This document shows, one piece after another, positions 1 to 10,200 of a stretch of 39,498 nt of DNA. Both the position numbers and the translations under genes were made by a program. The stretch covers positions 1-39,498 of the IMG/VR virus record IMGVR_UViG_3300037790_000089. One strand, 5' to 3'. The notes below the pieces were generated by a model that was not told the origin of the DNA, searched no databases, and saw only the letters and a program-made list of their open reading frames with translations. Position 1 is the stretch's first letter, and each line of letters begins with the position of its first letter. Source of the stretch: a virus (lineage: Duplodnaviria; Caudoviricetes).

Positions 1-3000
1 GTCCATATCGATGACAAAGCGCGGTGAAGCGAAGGCCGGGCCGAACTTGATCTGGCCTGCAGCGAAGCGAATGTCCGAAGACGGATTGCCGTCAGACTGG
101 CGCGCGCTGAACTGCACCCCGGCGAAGGCTGTCCCGGCCTGAACCGCGATCAGGCGTGTGGCCAGAAGTTCATCCACAGATGCAGAGACCGCCGTCAGGT
201 CCGTGGCGATGGCGCCCACCTCGCCATCCAGCGTGTTCACGTCCGCTTCCAGCAATGTCAGGGCGGTTGAAGTCGCATCCTGATCATCGGCCAGCGTGTT
301 GAACTGCAGCGTCAGGCTGGCGAGCGAGTCCCCCACCGCACTGAATTGCGTGGTCGTAGACGCGGTGAAGGCCGACAGATCATCCGCCACCGTGGTGACG
401 CTCGTCTGCACCCCGGCGATGGAATCGTTGAGTGCGCTGATCTGCGTGGTGCGGGTGTTCGTTTCCGCCACCAGATCAGACGCCAGCGTGGTGACTTCAT
501 CCTCTACCAGCGCGAGGGCATCATCCACCGCGCTGATCTGCAGCGTCAGGCTCGATTGCACCGCCTCGGTGGCGGTGATCCGCTCGGTGCGTTCCTGCAC
601 AAACAGGTTCACCGCCTTGCGCTCGACGCCCCGGCGCTGATTGGCCTCTTCGATCAGGGACCGGATCGTCGCCTGGGCGGCTGATTTGCCCGTCGCGATC
701 ACCTCGTCCGCCAGCGCGGCCAACCGCTCATAGGTGTAATCGCCGACCCCCGACGCCACCACTTCACCCGGGATCACTACGCCCTCGATCACCGCCCAGC
801 TGGACGGCTCGCGCCATTGCGCCCAGGTCTGAAGGCCCACATCCACCGTCTGTCCATAGGGGATGGTGTAGATGGTCTTGCCGCCCAGGCGCGGCTCGAT
901 CGCGTCGATCTGGGCGAAGCTTGAGTCCGGATCCCCGGCGGGCTTGATGGCGACCAGCACCATCTGCGCCTCGGGGCTGGTGATGGGGTCAAAGCTGACG
1001 GTCAGCGCCGGGCGCTTCACCCCGCCTTCGCTTTCCTCGAGCGCGGCAGTCGCACTGACGCTGTCAGGCGCAGCCAGCGCCGGGGCGGTCGCCGCCTCCA
1101 CATCCACCTGCACGGAGTCCGACCAGTCGCCCTGGTCATCCCGCGGGCCGACCGAAGCGATCTGGAGATCGAGCGCGGCGCGTGGCAGATCCGGCGTGCG
1201 CAGACGCACGGTCCAGCCCTCCACCTCATCGCCCTCGATCACATCGCCGCTGATCGCGCTTTCCGTCCAGCCGCCGGAGGGCCGGATGCGCCAGCGCACG
1301 CGCCAGCCCAGATCCGTGCGCGGCACATCCACCGAGCCCGCCCCGGCGATATCGTATGAGCGCACGGGCGCCGGGAAGGTCAGCACCGCCACCGCCTGAC
1401 GCTGCCCGCCAAAGCGGGACTCCGTATCCACCTCGGCGCTGACATCGCCCGTGTCGATCACGGGCGGAGTCGACAGCTCACTCTCGGACGGCGCTGGCGG
1501 CGCAGCGCCCTCTTCGGAGTCCGGATCGAACTCATCCGCATCCGTGTCATAGATCGCCCAGTCGAGGATGACCGCGCCGCCATCGGAGAAATCAATCTCC
1601 AGCGCTTCGACCTCGACAATCTTGCCGCGCAGGAATTCGGAATTGGGAAAGTCCGCCGAGAATTTCAGCCAGCGCTCACCCATCAGATCGAGCGCCGGCA
1701 GGGACAGGCGCAGGGTTCCGCGCGCTTCGGAATTGCGGCGCAGGGCGATGCGTTTGAGCAGGCGCGTCAGCTGGCCATGGGACTGGACCTGAGTCATCGG
1801 CACGCGCTCATAGCGGCGCTTGCCGGTCAGCGCGATCGAGCCCTGATCATACCAGGGCGCGCCCTCGACCTGGCTGAATTTCTTGTCGGGATCGGTGTAG
1901 AAGCCGACAAAGACATTCTTGAGCTGCTCATCGGGCACGCCGCGATTGATGGCGTGACTGATCACCCAGTCGGAATCGATCTCCACCGCCGAGCCGTCAT
2001 AGGCTCCGGCCTTCACCGTCAGAGCGCCGTCGCCGGTTTCGGACATCCAGCCATCAAACGCGGCCAGAAATCGGGCCAGCGTGTCCGCAGGCTCTTCCCC
2101 GACAAAATACTCGAAGTCGCACTGATAGCGCCGCTCGGTCCCGCCCCCCTTTCTGGCCACGGTCTGGTCGCAGACATTGGCGGCGGCGATCCAGGCGTCG
2201 AGATGGGGAGCGATCTCGGTCTCGAAATCCATGCCCAGCCCCAGCGCACGGTCCGGCTCAGACGGATCGGGAACCGCCGGATTGCACATATAGGTGACCA
2301 TCTGCAGGACCGGATTGCGCGAACCGGGAGTCCAGCCGCGCCAGTCATCAATCGACTGCCCGGACTGGCGGAAGTCGAAACAGTACTGGGCGCGATAAAC
2401 GACCGAGGGGCGCGGCAGGCCCAGAGGATAGACCTTGGGCAGGCGCTCCTTTTTCGGACCGAGACAGAGCAGCTCCAGCGCGGCGACGCCATCCATGCAG
2501 TGCTGGGATGACCACTCGCCCGGCACCTTGCCCGCCGCCCGGGTGAAGGCGGTCTGGTTCGCGGTCCCCAGACGGGTGTCGATATAGATCGCCTCGAAAT
2601 ACTGACCGGTCCTGGAATCCCCCAGCACGAAGCCCGCGCCCAGCGAGCCGGTACCGAGCTGAACCAGATCATCATGGAGATAGATCTGGTCGATCCCGGC
2701 GATGCGGCCGTCATGAAAGGCCAGCACATCGATGGAATCCCCGCCCGCGGTGGAATAGAGCGAATACGCCCCCGCCGAGCGGACCCTGCCAAAGGCGGCG
2801 GCGCGTTCGGGCGTGGGCTGGCGCTGCGCAATCCGGCTGTCGGGCGTGCTGACGCGGGGCGCAAAGGCGGCGTTGAGGGCGGCGGAGGCGCCGACCGTCA
2901 GGCCGACCTTGGCGGCGAAAACCGCGCTTTTCGCCAGGAAGGCTGCAGCCGCCTTGGAGGCGCCCGCCTTGATCGCGCTGGAGGCGACGACCTTGAAGAT

Positions 3001-3024
3001 ATAGGCGGCGGCGGTTTCAGCCAT
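1..3024 (-). CDS. Tail tip / host-specificity protein (gpJ-like), 3' end outside the window
   Basis: ATG at 3024 (MAETAAAYIFKVV..., then FGRVRSAGAY, NPVLQMVTYM). The same frame reads as protein at positions 1-700 (coiled-coil-like, then AFAGVQFSAR...DIRFAAGQIKF, resembling the gpJ C-terminal region). Absent from the ORF track, consistent with no stop in the window; the middle was only spot-checked. Confidence 0.8.
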   Translation of the reverse strand, partial: MAETAAAYIFKVVASSAIKAGASKAAAAFLAKSAVFAAKVGLTVGASAALNAAFAPRVSTPDSRIAQRQPTPERAAAFGRVRSAGAYSLYSTAGGDSIDVLAFHDGRIAGIDQIYLHDDLVQLGTGSLGAGFVLGDSRTGQYFEAIYIDTRLGTANQTAFTRAAGKVPGEWSSQHCMDGVAALELLCLGPKKERLPKVYPLGLPRPSVVYRAQYCFDFRQSGQSIDDWRGWTPGSRNPVLQMVTYMCNPAVPDPSEPDRALGLGMDFETEIAPHLDAWIAAANVCDQTVARKGGGTERRYQCDFEYFVGEEPADTLARFLAAFDGWMSETGDGALTVKAGAYDGSAVEIDSDWVISHAINRGVPDEQLKNVFVGFYTDPDKKFSQVEGAPWYDQGSIALTGKRRYERVPMTQVQSHGQLTRLLKRIALRRNSEARGTLRLSLPALDLMGERWLKFSADFPNSEFLRGKIVEVEALEIDFSDGGAVILDWAIYDTDADEFDPDSEEGAAPPAPSESELSTPPVIDTGDVSAEVDTESRFGGQRQAVAVLTFPAPVRSYDIAGAGSVDVPRTDLGWRVRWRIRPSGGWTESAISGDVIEGDEVEGWTVRLRTPDLPRAALDLQIASVGPRDDQGDWSDSVQVDVEAATAPALAAPDSVSATAALEESEGGVKRPALTVSFDPITSPEAQMVLVAIKPAGDPDSSFAQIDAIEPRLGGKTIYTIPYGQTVDVGLQTWAQWREPSSWAVIEGVVIPGEVVASGVGDYTYERLAALADEVIATGKSAAQATIRSLIEEANQRRGVERKAVNLFVQERTERITATEAVQSSLTLQISAVDDALALVEDEVTTLASDLVAETNTRTTQISALNDSIAGVQTSVTTVADDLSAFTASTTTQFSAVGDSLASLTLQFNTLADDQDATSTALTLLEADVNTLDGEVGAIATDLTAVSASVDELLATRLIAVQAGTAFAGVQFSARQSDGNPSSDIRFAAGQIKFGPAFASPRFVIDMD

Positions 3025-3433
3025 GAACAACCCTCCACACCTTCAGCGCATCCACCTGTGTGATCACCAGACCATCGCGACCCGCCCAGAGCGCCCAGCC
3101 GCAAATGGGCGCGCGAACGGCGCACACCCGGTTCCGGCGTCCGTTTGAATCCAGAGTGGTCACCAGCCCCACATCGCCGGGGCGAGCTTTCGGACAGGCC
3201 ACCGCCCGGGCGCCGCAGCCTGCAGCGACTTCGGCCATGGCGCGTCGGATGCCGCCGCGCTGCGCCAAAGCCGCCCGCCAGTCCTGTTCGGAAAGATCCC
3301 GCACCCAGGGCGCTGGATGTTCGCCCGTCGCCCGCTCCACCCAGTCGGCAGCGAAGGCGGCGCAATTGGCGAAGTCCGCGCCGGCGGCGTGATCGAGCCA
3401 GCGGGCGAGTTCCGCGCTCACGCCTTGGGCCAT
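3017..3433 (-). CDS. DUF6950 / NlpC-P60-like tail assembly protein
   Basis: Motifs NCAAFAADWVERATG and ARPGDVGLV; gpK-like position before the tail tip gene. Confidence 0.65.
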   Translation of the reverse strand: MAQGVSAELARWLDHAAGADFANCAAFAADWVERATGEHPAPWVRDLSEQDWRAALAQRGGIRRAMAEVAAGCGARAVACPKARPGDVGLVTTLDSNGRRNRVCAVRAPICGWALWAGRDGLVITQVDALKVWRVVHG

Positions 3434-4026
3434 TTCTTCTCAACGCCTTCAGACAGCGCCGCCACATTGTCAAAGCCGCGATCGCCGGGCGCATCAAGCG
3501 CCTGATCGGTCGGGGTCCAGAAGAACGCCTTGCCCTGACGGCGCCCGGTAAAGCGTGAGCCGATGGAGATCGAGACGGTAGAGGTGGGGCGCGTCGGATC
3601 CCGCCCGTCCTGAGACCCGGACGTGCCGTGCGACACGCCGCGCCAGATCCAGCGCACGGCGCCCACGGGCTGCCAGTGCTTATCCAGCGGCCAGAGGCCG
3701 AACACCGCCTGTCGATTGCGGGCCGAGACGGCTTCGGCTTCCGCCAAAGCCGCCAGGCGTCCATCCTCATCCGGCGCGCTCAAGGACAGCTCGATCCGGC
3801 TGGCCGTGCCGTTGAACAGGGATTCCAGCGTCGGAAGGTCCGGCAAGGCCCCGAGACCCTGATAAAGCGCGCCATCCACCGTCTCGACCGTATCGGACGG
3901 CACCGGCAATTCCCCTGGCCCCGACCAGATCCGGACCGGGGTCGGCGTGGCCAGGCGGAACAACAGGGCGAAACGATTGCCCGCCTCCTGCATGGCCGTG
4001 CGCTGCGCATCGCTAAACAGCGCCAT
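3418..4026 (-). CDS. Minor tail protein (gpL-like position)
   Basis: 202 aa, overlaps both neighbours; motifs VRIWSGPG and DQ..DAPGDRGFD. Confidence 0.65.
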   Translation of the reverse strand: MALFSDAQRTAMQEAGNRFALLFRLATPTPVRIWSGPGELPVPSDTVETVDGALYQGLGALPDLPTLESLFNGTASRIELSLSAPDEDGRLAALAEAEAVSARNRQAVFGLWPLDKHWQPVGAVRWIWRGVSHGTSGSQDGRDPTRPTSTVSISIGSRFTGRRQGKAFFWTPTDQALDAPGDRGFDNVAALSEGVEKKWPKA

Positions 4027-4645
4027 TCACCCGCTCCATATGCTCGCGCCATTCCACGGTCTTGTTCTGGATGACCGTCTCGCCATCCTCATCCACGGTC
4101 GCAGCCTCAGGATTGGCGAGCACCATCACGCAGCGCGGATTCTCGATATCGAGCGCGGTTCCGGATGCGGCCGCCTCGCGCAAGGGCGGACGGACGCTGA
4201 TCGACCAGACGCCGCCTGCTTGCGCTGTGGCGGACCGGATGCGGTAGAAACGCGGCCCCCAGCCGGGATGGTCAATCGTGAAGACATGGCCGCGCGTCAG
4301 CGCGCCACCGCCGGTGACCAGCACGCTCAGCACCGTGGCGCGGGCGACCGCATTGGCGGACAGGGCGATCGCGCTGACACCCTCGGGCGTGGTGATGCGT
4401 TTTTTCAGGGGCACGATCACAGGCGTCGAGCCGCCATCGCAGCCATCGATGAAGCCGTTCCAGTCGAGCTGGACGGCATCCGATCTGAGCGAACACTCCT
4501 CGCGCGCGGTCCAGAAGCCGCCGCCGGAGAAATTCGCCGTGGCGATGACGCCCGATTTTGAGCGCCCGCCGATGACCGCCGCGCCGACCAGTGTCGCGCC
4601 ATGGCGCTTGCGTTGCGCCACAAAAGACCAGACCTCCAGAGCCAT
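4013..4645 (-). CDS. Distal tail (Dit-like) protein
   Basis: Directly after the tape measure gene; GGAGGG RBS; ISVRPPLR motif. Confidence 0.6.
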   Translation of the reverse strand: MALEVWSFVAQRKRHGATLVGAAVIGGRSKSGVIATANFSGGGFWTAREECSLRSDAVQLDWNGFIDGCDGGSTPVIVPLKKRITTPEGVSAIALSANAVARATVLSVLVTGGGALTRGHVFTIDHPGWGPRFYRIRSATAQAGGVWSISVRPPLREAAASGTALDIENPRCVMVLANPEAATVDEDGETVIQNKTVEWREHMERVNGAV

Positions 4646-4654
4646 GATCCCCTC

Positions 4655-6898
4655 CTAGCCCTTCAGGGCGGTCTGCTGTGCGAGCGACTGGCTCAGCCCG
4701 CTTTGTGTTTGCTTGGCAGCGGCGGCGGAGACCTCGACAGCGGTGTTCGCCGCCGTCTCGCGCACCAGGTCGAGGATGACATCCAGCTCCAGCCCGTTAT
4801 TGGTCTGGCGTTTCTCGACACGGGCGCCGGCCGGCGCGCCGATGACATTGACGGTCACGTTCGGCTGGGCGCGCTGGCCCAGGCTGGGGCCGATCATCAG
4901 GGGTTCGCCGTCCGACACCCGGGCGAAGGGCCGACCATTGAGGGCGAGGACGTTGGCGTCGATACCGGGACGCCCGCGAATTTCGCCCGCAAAGCCCCGA
5001 TCAAAACCAGGCAGCCCCTTGGTCCCGCCCGCCCCGGTGAAGCCTTGATTGAACAGGCCTTCCAGCGGGCCGAACAGCGCGCCTGCAATCGGGCCGAGCA
5101 CGAAACGCTGCATGGCCAGCTCGAGCATGATGCCGAGCATGCGGCGGCCCATATTCTCGAAAGCCTCGCCGGCAGACTGGGCGTTCTCGGCGACCAGGCG
5201 CAGCTCCCCGCCCATGATGCGCAGGGCGCCGGTTGACAGGTCATCAATCTGGCCGGCGGTGTCCTGCGCCTCTTCCGCCATGCGGCGCAATCCGCCCAGC
5301 GCCCGGCCCGATTGGGCCCGGGCGATCTCATAGGCGCGCTCTTTGGCCTTGTCGGCCTCGGTATTGATCACCGGATTATCCGCGCCGCCCGGATCAGACG
5401 GATCGCCGGGCGCCTTGCCCGGGCGCAGGCTCGGAACCACGCCCGCCATGTCGAGCAGGTCCTGACGCAGGCGCAGTTCGCGCTCCATCGCCGTGACCAC
5501 GCCCAGACGGGCGCGTTCCTGCGCCACAATCGCGGCGATCTGGTCGCTGCTGATCGCCAGACCGGCCTCACGCGCCGCGTTCAGATCGCTTTCCAGCTCG
5601 GCCAGTTGCTGGACCGGCGTCATCAGGCCGCGAATCCGGGTCTCGACCAGCGCCTCCAGCTCGAGGCGGCGCTCGGCGGAGAGATTGGCGGCGTTGTCAT
5701 TGGAGGCGCCGGGCAATTCAGACGGAGCGCGGACGTAACTGGCGGCGAGATCCGCTTCAGCGCGCGCCGTCAGCTCGACAATCCGCTGGCGTTCGGCCAG
5801 AGCCGTCAGGATCCGCCCCAGACGCTCTTCCATGCGCTCAAGTTCAACGACCGCCATGCGTTGTTCGCGGGTATGCTGGGCGCCATCACCGAGAATACTG
5901 CGATACCGGGCGATCTGTTCTTGCAGCACGTCCGCCTGCAGCTCGAGCTGGGACAGGGTGCGGTCTTCCAGCGCCACCCGGGACAGCAGGATCGCCGCCT
6001 TCTGTTCCTCAAACCGGGCCAGCGCAGTCTGGCGGGCCTCTTCAGCCCCCAGCAGCGCCTGGGACTGGATCTGGCGCGCCCGTTCCTGACGCAGTTCCGC
6101 CGCCGCGATCCTGTCCGCCGCCTCGGCGAAACGCGACAAAGCGCCATCGGTCAGCGCCTGATTGGCCAGCTCAGCCTGTTCACGGATCCGGCTGATCTCA
6201 TCGCCCGTGCGCTGCAGCAAGGGCGCGGCGTCACGCAGGCCCAGCTTGTCCGCGAGCGCCAGACGGCGCGCCGGGTCCTCGATCTCGGCCAGACGCTCCA
6301 GCACGCGATCGAGCGCCTGCTCGACGGGCAGGTCAGTGGCGCCCAGATCTTCCAGCCCCAGGGCGGACAGGCCCTCGCGCGCCTCGCCCGTGCCGAGCGT
6401 CCGAAACTCGCCCAGTCGCTTGGCGAACTCTTCCAGCGCGCGATCGGCCTGCCCGGCATCCCCGCGCACAAGACGCAGGGAATCGCGGAAGACCAGCACG
6501 CTCTCGGCGCTGACGCCCGCCACCCGGGACACATTGGTAATGGACGCGGCGAAGTCCGTGGTCTGGTTGGCGCGCTCCATCAGGACCAGCGCTTCGCGGA
6601 TCGCGGCGGCTAGGACGCCGACGCCCGCCGCCGCCGCCAGACCGTATGGCCCCAGCGAACCGAGGATCCGCCCAAAAGGCCCGGCCTCAGAGGCGGCATC
6701 CTTCACCGCATCGCCCAGCTCAACAATGGTCGCCTTGGCGAGCTTGCCCTCGCGTTTGATCGGCTGCATGGCGCGGGACAGATCCCGCCCGATGCGCTCG
6801 CCCGCCGGGCCCAGCGCATTGAGACGGCGCATCAGCTCTTCCTGACCGCGCAGATCGAGCCGGATAACGACAGACCCGGCCTTCTGATTACGGGCCAT
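4655..6898 (-). CDS. Tail tape measure protein
   Basis: Long Ala/Leu/Glu/Arg-rich helical ORF after the chaperones; AGGAGG RBS before ATG 6898 (MARNQKAGSVVIRL); C-terminal GFDRGFAG..G.PG.D. Confidence 0.88.
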   Translation of the reverse strand: MARNQKAGSVVIRLDLRGQEELMRRLNALGPAGERIGRDLSRAMQPIKREGKLAKATIVELGDAVKDAASEAGPFGRILGSLGPYGLAAAAGVGVLAAAIREALVLMERANQTTDFAASITNVSRVAGVSAESVLVFRDSLRLVRGDAGQADRALEEFAKRLGEFRTLGTGEAREGLSALGLEDLGATDLPVEQALDRVLERLAEIEDPARRLALADKLGLRDAAPLLQRTGDEISRIREQAELANQALTDGALSRFAEAADRIAAAELRQERARQIQSQALLGAEEARQTALARFEEQKAAILLSRVALEDRTLSQLELQADVLQEQIARYRSILGDGAQHTREQRMAVVELERMEERLGRILTALAERQRIVELTARAEADLAASYVRAPSELPGASNDNAANLSAERRLELEALVETRIRGLMTPVQQLAELESDLNAAREAGLAISSDQIAAIVAQERARLGVVTAMERELRLRQDLLDMAGVVPSLRPGKAPGDPSDPGGADNPVINTEADKAKERAYEIARAQSGRALGGLRRMAEEAQDTAGQIDDLSTGALRIMGGELRLVAENAQSAGEAFENMGRRMLGIMLELAMQRFVLGPIAGALFGPLEGLFNQGFTGAGGTKGLPGFDRGFAGEIRGRPGIDANVLALNGRPFARVSDGEPLMIGPSLGQRAQPNVTVNVIGAPAGARVEKRQTNNGLELDVILDLVRETAANTAVEVSAAAAKQTQSGLSQSLAQQTALKG

Positions 6899-7292
6899 CC
6901 GCGCCTCCTTTCCCGTCCTGTCGCTCACGTCGCAGGGCGAGGCCTGCGAACAGGCCCGCCTCGGCGGCGTCGATCAGGTCGTTGAGTTCGTGGTCGGGCA
7001 CGTCGGGCAGACGCCGGCGGGCCTCTTCCATGTCGATCCCGTCCACCCCGGCGAAGCCGCGGCGCAGGATGGTTCCGCGCTTGATCAGGTCGAGCAGGCG
7101 CTGACCGGCCCAGGAGTGCGGGGCGTGTTCGACCTGCGGGCAGAGATGGCTTGGCGGATCATCCGGGCCGTCACAGCGCGGATCGCGCACCCGCCCGCCG
7201 CTGGCGCAGGCCTCGCCCATCTGGGCGCAGTCGCGGCAATTCTCATCGCCCCCTGCAAACAGGTATTTGCAAAGGGCGCTTAGCCGTTTCCC
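6888..7292 (-). CDS. Tail assembly chaperone gpT segment, expressed by -1 frameshift as gpGT
   Basis: -1 frame open from GGGAAAC (7292) to the stop at 6888; Cys-rich (CRDCAQMGEAC...C...HLCP). Confidence 0.75.
   Translation of the reverse strand, partial: GKRLSALCKYLFAGGDENCRDCAQMGEACASGGRVRDPRCDGPDDPPSHLCPQVEHAPHSWAGQRLLDLIKRGTILRRGFAGVDGIDMEEARRRLPDVPDHELNDLIDAAEAGLFAGLALRRERQDGKGGADGP
7247..7292 (-). other. Programmed -1 ribosomal frameshift signal
   Basis: Heptamer G GGA AAC (7292-7286) in the gpG frame, 7-nt spacer, 13-bp stem-loop at 7278-7247. Confidence 0.85.
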
Positions 7293-7768
7293 TCTTGCGA
7301 TATCCCGGCCAGCTTGCGCATCAGCCAGTTCTCGAACCGGTTGGCGATATAGGGCAGGCGCATGGCGGCGCAGATCGAGACGGCGTCGGGCTCGATGGGA
7401 TCGCCCTCCGCATCGCCAAAGCCTTCCCAGTCGATGATCAAGGCCTTGGCATGGGCGGACAGGGCCACGGCCTGCATCGCGCCCTCGACGCGGGCGGTGA
7501 TGTCGAGCCGCCCCTCGGGCAGGATCGCGCCATGGGCGGTGAGATGCTCGCGCAGGCGGTCGATATAGGCGCTCTCGCTCTCCCCCTCATCCCGCCCGGG
7601 AACAGCGCGCCGCGCGAGGGACCAGGCGGCGCGCTCGCTGGCGACGCTGGGCAGCGCCAGACGCCAGCTCGGAATGACGCGGCTCTCCCCCTCGCCTTCG
7701 GCCAGAGCCGGAAAGGTCAGGGTTTCAGACTGGCCCGTTTTGGGCGGTGTCAGATCCAGCCGCATCAC
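7280..7768 (-). CDS. Tail assembly chaperone (gpG-like)
   Basis: Between tail tube and tape measure genes; LIIDWEGFGDAEG motif; ends EGNG at the slippery site. Confidence 0.8.
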   Translation of the reverse strand: MMRLDLTPPKTGQSETLTFPALAEGEGESRVIPSWRLALPSVASERAAWSLARRAVPGRDEGESESAYIDRLREHLTAHGAILPEGRLDITARVEGAMQAVALSAHAKALIIDWEGFGDAEGDPIEPDAVSICAAMRLPYIANRFENWLMRKLAGISQEGNG

Positions 7769-8736
7769 GCACCCGCCGGATAGCTGGCGACGCTGTTGGT
7801 CAGCGTCGCGGTGAGAACCGGGGTGGAATCCGTCTGCTCGCCCCGGAAGGCGTAGGATTCGGTGCGCAGGCCTTCGCCCTCGACCGCGCGCTCGGTGGGC
7901 TCGAACCGCATCGCAGGACAGGACAGGACCAGCTTGGAGTTCGCGCCGAGCTCATACTCGATGGAGAGCGCCGCCGCCGTCTTCGCCCGGGCGATCTCAT
8001 AGAAGGCATTGTCCTTCACCCGCAGATCGAGCGTGCCGGTGAAATTGCCGCCAACCTCGGGCGTGAATTCCGCGACCGTGCGATCAGCGCGGCCCGCCGG
8101 ACGGAAGGGTTCGAGCGGGCGTTCATAGCGCACAGTGCCGCGCGGGACATTGGCCATGACCGTGCCGCCATAGCGCAGCACCGCGCCCGGTCCCGCCGGC
8201 ATGATGGCGCGCGTCAGCGCATCCAGCGCCGTGCCGAGCGGGCTGGACCCGAGATTCTCGATATCCGAACACGGGCCCGAGAAGGTCACCTGACGGCGTC
8301 CGGATTCCGGCGCGACGCCAATCTCCATGCTCCGCAGCGCCCAGGTGTGCGCGCGTCGCCATTTCGCGCCCTCGGCCCAGACCATGCTGGCGCCCGGAAC
8401 CTCGCGCTGGCCCGAGGTGAAGACATGCTCATACGGCCCCGAGCCCGTGGGCGATGCAGCGCTGAGCAGATGCGGCAGGTAGAGGCCGAGCTGGGCCATG
8501 CACAGCGGCACGACGAGATCGAGCGACGCCTCGACCAGACCGTCCGCCGGGGCCTGCGCATCCATCACATTGTGAAGGTCCGAGCCGATGATGGGATCAT
8601 CCACCAGCGGATCATTCCGCCGGGGCGTCAGCCGGTAATAATCCACCGGCTGGTGGTCGCCATCCGCGGGCGTGCCCGCCACCGCCTGGGCCAGAATATG
8701 GGCGAGCGACAGCCGCCCGACGAGTTGAGCCGTCAT
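7765..8736 (-). CDS. Major tail tube protein
   Basis: 323 aa; GPYEHVFTSG motif, ends LTNSVASY; AAGGA RBS; synteny. Confidence 0.8.
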   Translation of the reverse strand: MTAQLVGRLSLAHILAQAVAGTPADGDHQPVDYYRLTPRRNDPLVDDPIIGSDLHNVMDAQAPADGLVEASLDLVVPLCMAQLGLYLPHLLSAASPTGSGPYEHVFTSGQREVPGASMVWAEGAKWRRAHTWALRSMEIGVAPESGRRQVTFSGPCSDIENLGSSPLGTALDALTRAIMPAGPGAVLRYGGTVMANVPRGTVRYERPLEPFRPAGRADRTVAEFTPEVGGNFTGTLDLRVKDNAFYEIARAKTAAALSIEYELGANSKLVLSCPAMRFEPTERAVEGEGLRTESYAFRGEQTDSTPVLTATLTNSVASYPAGA

Positions 8737-8772
8737 GGTGTGTGTCCTTCTGTTTTCTGAAGCTTCGCTTTG

Positions 8773-8885
8773 CTCGACCCGTCCGGGTCTGCGCTTCCGG
8801 CCATCGGGCCGGGCGGGCGTTCGCCCTTGCGGGCCGCTGGCGCGGCCCGGTGTAGGTGATCAGCCCCCGGCGGATTTATCCGCCG
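8773..8885. repeat. REPIN-like repeat copy 1 (one arm plus central hairpin)
   Basis: gacccgtccgggtc-tgcgctt-ccggccatcgggccgg-gc-gggcgttcgccc-ttgcgg...cggcggatttatccgccg. Confidence 0.85.
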
Positions 8886-9313
8886 ATTGCGAGTTCGAGG
8901 GCGGTCGGGGCGCGGAAGTCTTCGCCCTCTTTCAGGCCGAGATCGGCGATCTTGCGATTGGACAGGCGAACGACTTCACCGTCACGGCCCAGAGCGGACG
9001 CCTTGAGCAGGAAGATCCGGCGCACGCCGGTCGCCGCCGGGATGCCGGCGGCGTCGGTTTCGGACGTTTCGACCGCTTCAGCAGCGGTTTTGTCCGCGTC
9101 CTGTTCCGGTTTTGCGGCGTCAGAAGCTGAAACGGTTTCAGCTTCACTGGACGTTTCCGGCTCTGACGAGCCGGTGGCGGGCGCGTCGGACGCGGTCGGC
9201 TCGGATGAAATTGAAACGGTTTCAGCTTCCGAGGCCGAGTTGTCGAGGTCCAACGCCGGATCTGCGTCAGGCTTGGCGGTGGATTTAGGCGTGGTGGTTT
9301 TCTTGGCGGGCAT
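8876..9313 (-). CDS. Phage hypothetical protein with an acidic low-complexity N-terminus
   Basis: AAAGGA RBS; duplicated SEAETVS; stop codon TAA lies in the loop of the repeat hairpin. Confidence 0.7.
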   Translation of the reverse strand: MPAKKTTTPKSTAKPDADPALDLDNSASEAETVSISSEPTASDAPATGSSEPETSSEAETVSASDAAKPEQDADKTAAEAVETSETDAAGIPAATGVRRIFLLKASALGRDGEVVRLSNRKIADLGLKEGEDFRAPTALELAIGG

Positions 9314-9368
9314 GGTGATGTCCTTTCGGTTTTGTGTTGATTGCTCAGGGGCGTTCGCCCCCTTGTTT

Positions 9369-9532
9369 CCTTGGAGCGTCCGCCCCTGCGGTTCCGCGCA
9401 TCAGCGCGGGCGGCCTTTGGCCTTGCGGGCCGCTATCGCAGCCCGGTGTGAGTGATCGCCCCTCGGCGGGCGAAGTCCGCCGCAAGCGCGACCGCGCGCC
9501 CGCAGCGAAGCGAGGATCGCAGGCCGGAGGCC
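9369..9532. repeat. REPIN-like repeat copy 2 (full)
   Basis: Two inverted arms around a central segment; contains ccgcaagcgcgaccgcgcgcccgcagcgaagcgagga. Confidence 0.9.
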
Positions 9533-9535
9533 TGC

Positions 9536-9997
9536 TCACCCAAGTCTTGTCAGGCTGTCGAATTCGACCTCGATGCCGATGTCGAGAAGGTTTTCGGGGG
9601 CTTTGCCGGACTGCTTGTCCGTATCGCTTTCAAGCGCGGTGACCCGCGCAAAGCTGGCAACGCCGCCCAGCGACCAATCATCAGTGATGGCCGCATCAAT
9701 GGCGCGGGTCATGTCAGACATGAGCGCCCGCCGCGCCGCGTCATCCTTCCCGACGCCATGCAGGCCGAGGGCGAAGCTGGCATCGACAAAAAAGGGCGGC
9801 GGGGTGGCCAGCTGATCATTGGCGGGCGCGCGTCCCGTGGACATCAGCACGACCCGGAAACGGTTATCACCTTGCGGGTCCGGATCCGCGAGGCGCGGCT
9901 CGTCATACTCCAGCGCCGGAGCGCCCTCGACAGTCGCCAGGGCGGTGGAAATGACGGACTTCAGAGCCTCGACAATGGCGTCATGGGTGGTGGGCAT
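9536..9997 (-). CDS. Tail terminator/completion protein (gpU-like position)
   Basis: ATG 9997 (MPTTHDAIVEAL) with GAGGAAGG RBS; AI..DWSLGG motif. The longer track ORF merely reads through the repeat. Confidence 0.65.
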   Translation of the reverse strand: MPTTHDAIVEALKSVISTALATVEGAPALEYDEPRLADPDPQGDNRFRVVLMSTGRAPANDQLATPPPFFVDASFALGLHGVGKDDAARRALMSDMTRAIDAAITDDWSLGGVASFARVTALESDTDKQSGKAPENLLDIGIEVEFDSLTRLG

Positions 9998-10011
9998 TGT
10001 TTGCTGTCCTT

Positions 10012-10179
10012 CCTCGCGTCCGCTCGGTCGGTTCCGCGCACGAGCGCGGGCGCGCGGTCGCGCCTGCGGCGGATAAATCCGCCGAGGGACGATCACTCAC
10101 ACCGGGCCGCGCCAGCGGCCCGCAAGGCCAAAGGCCGCCCGCGCTCGTGCGCGGAACCGCAGGCCCGGACGGGCCGAGG
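10012..10179. repeat. REPIN-like repeat copy 3 (full, inverted relative to copy 2)
   Basis: Perfect inverted repeat ggttccgcgcacgagcgcgggc (10030-10051 / 10137-10158); central cggcggataaatccgccg. Confidence 0.9.
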
Positions 10180-10200
10180 AGCTAACAAATCCAGCGTCGA

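Noticed and set aside
1-3024. Diversity-generating retroelement or invertible tail-fibre switch
   Set aside because: No reverse transcriptase, invertase or template/variable repeat pair seen in the window
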